Shown here one piece after another: positions 56,461 to 64,000 of a DNA stretch of 64,000 nt (the first letter of the stretch is position 1; every line of letters begins with the position of its first letter). This DNA is from Octopus vulgaris (taxonomy: Eukaryota). Under the pieces are notes generated by a model, which saw only the letters and a program-made list of their open reading frames with translations, was not told where the DNA came from and did not search any database. The stretch spans positions 158,658,001-158,722,000 of the forward strand of contig OX597815.1 of NCBI GenBank assembly GCA_951406725.2, read 5' to 3'. A program made the translations under genes and the position numbers.

Positions 56461-57034
56461 TGGTGGTGGTGTTTGTCTACTCCTTATGCAGTGTTTGACC
56501 ACCTCCTGTACCTACACATTAGAACCATCATGGTATCTGATGTGGCTTTTTAAACCAATGTTTTGAAAAGACACCCACATAAATTGCATATCCGATTTGG
56601 ACCAACAAATACATACGATAGGCTTCTTTCAGTTTCCGTCTCTCAAATCCACTCGCAAAGATTTGGTTGGCTCGTGACTATCGTAGAAGACACTTACCAC
56701 AGAGTTTTCTCGCGGAAGGGCTAAACCCGGAACAATGTGGTTGAAAAGCAAACTTCTTACGACATAGCCATGCCTACTCTCTTCAAAGAAGGAAGAAAGC
56801 ATTAATATCACACAATCTAGACCTTTGCACAAAAGAAGATATGATTACGTACACATTCAATATTGATATTTTCTCCGTAAGAGTCAAGTTACGAACTGAT
56901 GATGATGTAAAGACATCATTGGTCGACAACCATTAATAGGTTTGGAAAATTACTTTCCAGAATTAAAACTGCTTCATTTCGGAAATTATCAATGGTCTTT
57001 TTTTCCCCTGCTTTCATATTTAAAGTATATTCGT

Positions 57035-57278
57035 TACTTTTAATCTTTTGTTTCAGTCATTTGACTGCAGCCATACACTGCCTTTAGTTGAAGAAATCTA
57101 CCCCAAGACTTATACTTTCTAAGCCTAGTACTTATTCAATCGGTCTCTTTTGCCGAACCGCTAAGTTGCGGAGATAAACACACCATCATCGGTTGTCAAG
57201 CGATGGTGGGGGGACAAACACAGACAAAGAAACATATACATACATACATACATACATATAAATAAATAAATAAATAAA

Positions 57279-57310
<32 letters not shown>

Positions 57311-57665
57311 ATAAATAAAAATATATGCATACATACAAACATATATGTACGTACCTACATCTACATGTATATATACATGCATATATAAATAAATATACGT
57401 AAGTACAGGACACCACAACAAGACGTAGAAACGGGAAAAACAAAAATTTTTTACAACAAGAAAACAAGTACAGGACATGCTACACAAGGAAAAATCCACC
57501 GTCATCAGCTGTCGCTAGTTAACTCAGGCGTCGTCTACCAAATACACTCACAAGGCTTTGATCGGCCTGAGTAGATGACACTTACCCAAGGTTTCATGCT
57601 GTGGGACTGAACCCGGAACTATGTGGTTGGTAAGCAAGCTACTCACCATACAGCCTCTCTTGCGG
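57035..57665 (-). mobile_element. SINE family A split by a Penelope-like terminal fragment (57390-57530)
   Basis: 3' part 57035-57230, 5' part 57530-57665; the insert carries cag-CTGATGA-cgg on minus. Confidence 0.7.
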
Positions 57666-58039
57666 CTATCTGTAGCATGTAATTATATTTCATAAAAGAT
57701 TGTTATCGTTTCTCCCCGCTCCCCATTAAATTTTGTTCATTTGAGAAAAGATTCTTTCAAAATTTCGCAGTGATTTCATTATCTTATCGTCAAACTATGA
57801 AAATTACAACTTCTATTAGGTCGGCAACGGAGGCTTCCCAAGAGTTAAAATTTCAAATTTTAAAAAATCGTAACTTGTTTATTTTTAATTTCTGCCGAAA
57901 AATCAATGTAATTTTCGTCATCAGCATTCAAAACTACTTCAGTTAAAGAAATCTGAAAACATTTTGACGATGAGAAATATTTCATGAAGAAGTGAAACAA
58001 CCGAAGAGAGCAAGCAACGAGATTTTTTTAAGGACAAAA

Positions 58040-58215
58040 ACAAACATTGATCTTGAGCGTTTGATGTTGTTTAGCTCTACGTCTACCTTGTCCGTGATCA
58101 AAAGCGTTCCTGCCGTGATCATCACGCCCATTGTTTTCAGACGTAATGTATCCAACGTATGATTTGAGAAATTCAGCCGCTATTTCATGCTTGAGGACAG
58201 ACCTCGCATAGAGGC
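58040..58215 (-). mobile_element. Old dispersed SINE-like family D (also ~12920-13080, 25860-26030, 32590-32810, 36290-36390)
   Basis: Recurrent degenerate motif tgtttagc(c)ccaggtcagcc...gatcaaa...gtgatttga...gctatttc. Confidence 0.5.
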
Positions 58216-58242
58216 TCAATTTTCTCACCTCCACTCTCTCTC

Positions 58243-58284
<42 letters not shown>

Positions 58285-58604
58285 ACACATACGCGCGCAC
58301 GCACGTACACACACACACTAACACACACACGCTTGTCACTGCCTCTCTTTTCTCTCGCTCTCTCTTTCTCCCTCTTACTCTCCATCTCTGTGCCTTTCTT
58401 TCTTTCTCCTTACCCCTCTCTTTCCCTTACTCTGTTTTCTCTTTTTTTCTCTTTCTCTCGCATGCGTGTAATGTATTTTGTCATGTATGTGTGTGTGGTG
58501 GGCGTGATCACAATACAATGTAAAGTGTGTAGATATCAATGTGATATACTTTTATCAAAAATATCAACCAGATGCATACACACACATACACACTCACACA
58601 CACA

Positions 58605-58666
<62 letters not shown>

Positions 58667-58883
58667 AATCGTCAACTGTTTCCAGTGTTTTAAGTTCTGC
58701 TGCAAATGTTCTTCATTAAAAGCGGCGGCGGAAGAGTCTTTGTTAAAAGGCTCCTTTACTTTATATTGAAAGATTCTATTGAAGGGAGAGATGATCAGTT
58801 CTTTTGAAAATCTCAGCTGGAAGAAATAACCTGGCGTTTTTTCTGTCTCTCTTCTGGATTAAACGGGATAGCGACAAATACAA

Positions 58884-58992
<109 letters not shown>

Positions 58993-59001
58993 TATATATA
59001 C

Positions 59002-59040
<39 letters not shown>

Positions 59041-59101
59041 TGTGTGCGTATATATATATATGTGCGTGTGTGTGTGTGTATAAATATATATATGTATGTT
59101 C

Positions 59102-59154
<53 letters not shown>

Positions 59155-59979
59155 CACATACATATACATCTATTTTTATATATATATATATGTATATATA
59201 TGTATGTATATATATATATATATACACACACACAAACACATACATACACACACACGTATGCCCACTCACAATTGCATACGTCGTGCGTGCACACTCTCAG
59301 AAGGCGACAGGACATGAGACAAAGTCCGGGAGGTGGAAGAGTCAATGTAAGGATTTAACAGGGGTGGATGGGAGGAGGGTTGAAAAAGAGAGTCGAGGAT
59401 AAATTGTGTCAAGTAGCAGCAGTATGTTTCCCTTTATCAGTTCAAGATGAAATAAACTTATTTGGTTTACTTGAAATTTACGACACTCAAGTCGGGTTAT
59501 GGACAGGCCTTCCGTCCCTTTTAGTCTTTACCAATCAATTTAACATACATCCCTACCACAACCACCACAACCGCAACCATTATCACCACCACCGCTATCG
59601 CCACCACCAACACCGAAACAACCACTACGCCCGTGACTCTTCATGTCTTTCGCTCTCCGTGTGTATCAGACTATCTACCTCACCCTTTCTCTCTTTCGCT
59701 CTCTCTCTCTATCTATCTCTTTTTCTCTCACACACTCTCTCGGTCTTTCATTATATATGTGCGTGTATACATATATATTTATATATGCGTATAAATATAC
59801 ATACATATATGTGTGTATATATATATATATGTATATGCATTTATATAATTACATATATATATATATGTGCATATATATATATGCATATGTGTGCGTGCGT
59901 AAATATATATGTACATATATATATATATACATATATATATATATGTGTGTGTGTGTAAATATATATGTTTGCATATGTA

Positions 59980-60015
<36 letters not shown>

Positions 60016-60309
60016 AGTATATACACACAAATACACACACAAACACACACACACACACACGCAAACACACACATATATATATATATGCATGCAAGTATTG
60101 ATATATACATGTATGTACACGTGTGAGTGAGTGTATATAAACATAAGTGTAGACATACGCAGGTATATACATGCCAACGTGATTCATACATATATATTAC
60201 ATACGTACACGCATACATAAACGCATATGTGTGTGTATGTATATATATGTGTGTGTGTATGTATGTATATGTCTGTGTACGTATGTATACATACATATGC
60301 ATGTGTGTG

Positions 60310-60360
<51 letters not shown>

Positions 60361-60544
60361 GTATGTATGTATTTTCATAAATACACATACATACATACGT
60401 ACACACATACATTGCACCATATACTTACATACATGCTTGAGACCATGTACTCGCTGTATGTATTTCATTTTTATCGTGATTATGTACTGCAGTTACGAAG
60501 ACATGTGTTCATTCAATTACCAACAGTAATATATAAGGGCAGAG

Positions 60545-60593
<49 letters not shown>

Positions 60594-60789
60594 ATATGGG
60601 GATGCAAAAGAGGGTTGGAAAGGAAAAAGAGAGTTGGAAAGGAAGATATTGTGAAAGAAAATAAAAGGAAAAGGGCAATGACGAAATTACAGTCACACAG
60701 ACTCTCCATACATACATTCATACTTACATGCAAACGTATGTATGTATGTATGTATGTATGTATGTATGTATGTATGTATGTATGTATGA

Positions 60790-60866
<77 letters not shown>

Positions 60867-60875
60867 GATAGATAT

Positions 60876-60936
<61 letters not shown>

Positions 60937-60950
60937 CAGAGAGATAGATT

Positions 60951-61041
<91 letters not shown>

Positions 61042-61834
61042 TGATACATAGATGGATAGATAGATATAGATATATGATACACACACACAATACACACAAA
61101 CATATTTATGCTATGTATGCATATGAATGTATTTATGGATGTGTGTGCATATATATATATATGTCTGTGTGTGTGTGTACACAGTGAGAAAAAAGAAGTG
61201 AATGGGGTGAATATAAAAATAGAATGAAAGAGTGAAAGAGCAAAGGAGAGTAAAATAGAGAGTGAGAGGGAGAGAGAGAGATGATTGGGCAAAGCGAAAT
61301 GTGTTTATATGTGTTTGTTTCTGTCCTGTGTGTCTATCTGTTTGGGAGTATTTCAGTTTTGTATTGGGGCTGGTGAAACAAACGTAATATGTATAGCTAT
61401 GCCTGTATGTGTTGTTTAGTGGGAAGAGTTGATGGGAAAATTCCTGGGAAACAACACATCAGAATGCTACATAAAATTCTCATGGAAAGAAATTGGGTGT
61501 TCAGATACTTTCATTATAAAATATACTGTTTCGCATCCAAACGCATTTTATTTAATATTTTCTTTCCCCTCTCCCCTTTTTGGGGGGTTTTTGGGATTTT
61601 CCTGCCTACTTTTTTTTTTTAATTTTTCATTTTGTTTTTCCTCCCAGATTTCAAAAGAAGAAATAAGATTATAAGTGATTGAAACGACACGCCTTAAACA
61701 AGTGTGATCTTGAGAGCACTTGAGTAATATATCGTTGAACTTATTCGTCATTGCTACAATTTAATCATATTATATTATATAATGATTCCACATATATAAA
61801 TTTCATATGCTTTGCGTTCATTTTATCCTTTACA

Positions 61835-63195
61835 GATGGCTGTGTGGTTAAGAAGTTCGTTTCGCTAACCACATGCTTTCAATTTCAGCTCCACTGTTCG
61901 ATTCACTGGACAAGGGACTTTTTTTATTATAAATTCGAGCTGATCCATACCTTACGAGTGAATTTAGTACACAGGAGCTGTATAGAAGACGGTAGTTTGT
62001 GAGTAATATATTCGAACCCGTAACAAATCGATTCACTGTCTTTTATCATGGAGAAAATTTCTTACTGCAGACAAATATGTGTAAATGCACCGGGTCAACT
62101 CACTGCACTCTCTAACGAGTGGTTTCGGAATAGTTTTCATCTTCTTTGGCCCCAAAATAAATCGAGATAGTAACTGCATTCCAGAAACAAGGCGGCGGAT
62201 AATACTAGGCAGAGTGGCAATGGTCAGCATGAGCAAGGTCCGGAAGAGTAGAGACATCAGCCTCGCTACCAAATGCAGATTGGTGAATGCAATCGTCTTC
62301 CCAATAGCAACATATGAATGCGAGACCTGGACACTAAAGAAAGATGACCAGAAAAGAATTAATGCATTCGAGCTTTGGTGTTGGAGAAGACTTTTACGGA
62401 TTCCATGGACAGCGAGGCTCACCAATGGAGAAGTTCTTAACTAGATCAAGCCGAAACTGTCGCTAGAAGCTAGGATCACATCACCAAGCATAGATTGGCA
62501 TATTTTGGTCATATTAAGTGGGGAAAATCCCTGGAGAAGGACATCATGCTCGGAATGGTCAGTGGCAAGAGAGGAAGAGGCCGCCCAAGAAACCGCTGGC
62601 TTGACACCATCAAGAGTGACACGGGAATGGCTATAACAAATCTGAAAGAAGCGACCCAGGATAGAACTGGCTGGAGAGCACTGATCCATCGAGTAACCGA
62701 GAGTCGACTTCGATTGAGCAGATAGATAGATAGATCTCCTCTACAGTAACAGAAACGAGAAAAAAGACAGACTCTACGAACTGACAAGACAGACAGATCC
62801 CTCTTATGATATTCCTGTCATCGTTCATTGACTAGTTGCGCTACTCAGCGGTTTACCATGAAAAAAACAACAGCGTGACGACGCTAAGCAGTAATGTGTA
62901 ATACACAGACTTGTTACCACTTCAAGTATATAGGAGGCGTGTTTGAACCCGTAAGAAAGCTATTCGCTGTATTCTGTTATGGAGAAAATTTCTCACTGTC
63001 AGTTCGCAGGATCTGCTTCTTTCGCTGCTATGAGGAGGAGATAACCACTCCGAAATGCATTTCTGGTTAGGAGGGGCTGTGAGCCGACTCGGTGTATTTA
63101 CACCTTTTTGTTTACAGCGAGAAATTTTCTGCACGACAAAAAGACAGTGGATGGCTTTCCTTACGGGTTCGAATATGCCTCAAGCATATTTGAAC

Positions 63196-63249
<54 letters not shown>

Positions 63250-63462
63250 CACACACATTTGTTTATATCTGTGTTTGTCCTTCACCGCGGAGCTACCGGT
63301 GATGGTTCGTTTATGCCACCGTAACTTAGCGTAAAAGACAGACCGAAAGACTAATACCTGACTTAAAGAGAAGTACAGGAGTAAGTTCGACAAACGAATT
63401 CAAGGAGGTGCCCCAGAATGGCCGCAGTCCAATGACTAAAACGTCAAAACAAATAAAAGAGT
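61835..63462 (+). mobile_element. SINE family A split (61835-62000 and 63260-63462) by a foldback element and an RTE
   Basis: 5' and 3' halves match 15144-15305 and 15350-15549; inverted arms gaacccgtaa...ttacgggttc at ~62000-62135 and 62945-63185. Confidence 0.7.
62135..62735 (+). pseudogene. 5'-truncated RTE (BovB-like) LINE 3' end
   Basis: ISLATKCRLVNAIVFPIATYECETWT..RINAFELWCWRRLLRIPWTAR; YFGHI..SLEKDIMLG..GKRGRGRPRNRWLD; (AGAT)n tail. Confidence 0.93.
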
Positions 63463-63501
63463 ACACACACACGCGCGTGCACACACACACACACGCGCGT
63501 G

Positions 63502-63534
<33 letters not shown>

Positions 63535-64000
63535 ACACACATGCACGCACAACGCAAACAAACGTACACCCACACTTATATGTCTTATTACTGTCGAAAA
63601 GTGAACAGCGTTACGACCATGACGATCCTAAAATTTTAGTTGTATGCAAGACAATATTATCTAATGCGTCTTCTATTCTTATTTAAAACGACAAAATGTA
63701 AGTTGAAGAATATTTTGGGTATTATTTCCAATAGATATAACTATCAAATTATGTTTTTGCTGTTGTCTTCTTTTTCTTCTTCCAATCAGGACTCACGCCA
63801 TTAGCCACAAAGAACAATCTCTAATTCGAGCCTACTCAAAGCTACTAAGAGTGCGTGTAGCAACATGAAGATCCACCCATCACATGCGATAGACTTGCGG
63901 TTGCACGGGCGCGAAAGCTACGTCGTTATCCTCATTCGTTAATGGTGGCTTTTTACGGATGGAGAGCTGAACCGTCCTGGGGTATAGAGGATTCGCAATC

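Noticed and set aside
57912-57930. ctgatgacgaaa on minus strand resembling a hammerhead core
   Set aside because: No stem II or stem I; it resembles a DNA-transposon subterminal motif
59368-59958. 196-aa ORF with a non-repetitive N-terminus
   Set aside because: No recognisable domain, and it runs into microsatellites

Overview
Eukaryotic, AT-rich, extremely microsatellite-dense DNA. The SINE repertoire and repeat style point to an octopod cephalopod (Octopus-like; inferred, not database-confirmed). I see no intact host gene: nearly all listed ORFs are microsatellite translations, so the window is probably intergenic or intronic. It is a mosaic of at least four tRNA-derived SINE families; Helitron, Tc1/mariner, hAT, CR1-like, RTE and R4/Dong-like remnants; Penelope (GIY-YIG) remnants; and one young non-autonomous Gypsy-type LTR element (46665-49399) with a tRNA-Trp PBS and 4-bp TSD. 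The most striking signal is a dispersed set of self-cleaving ribozyme motifs. About ten minimal type I hammerhead motifs (three near-intact cores, the rest degenerate or halves), most with palindromic stem III, sit in Penelope-like termini and often in inverted pairs. One lies in a tRNA-headed (Pol III) SINE-like unit with a Penelope-style inverted 5'-truncated copy (25026-25620). There is also an HDV-like ribozyme candidate at the 5' end of an RTE-derived element. All calls were made by eye; repeat boundaries are approximate unless motifs are quoted.
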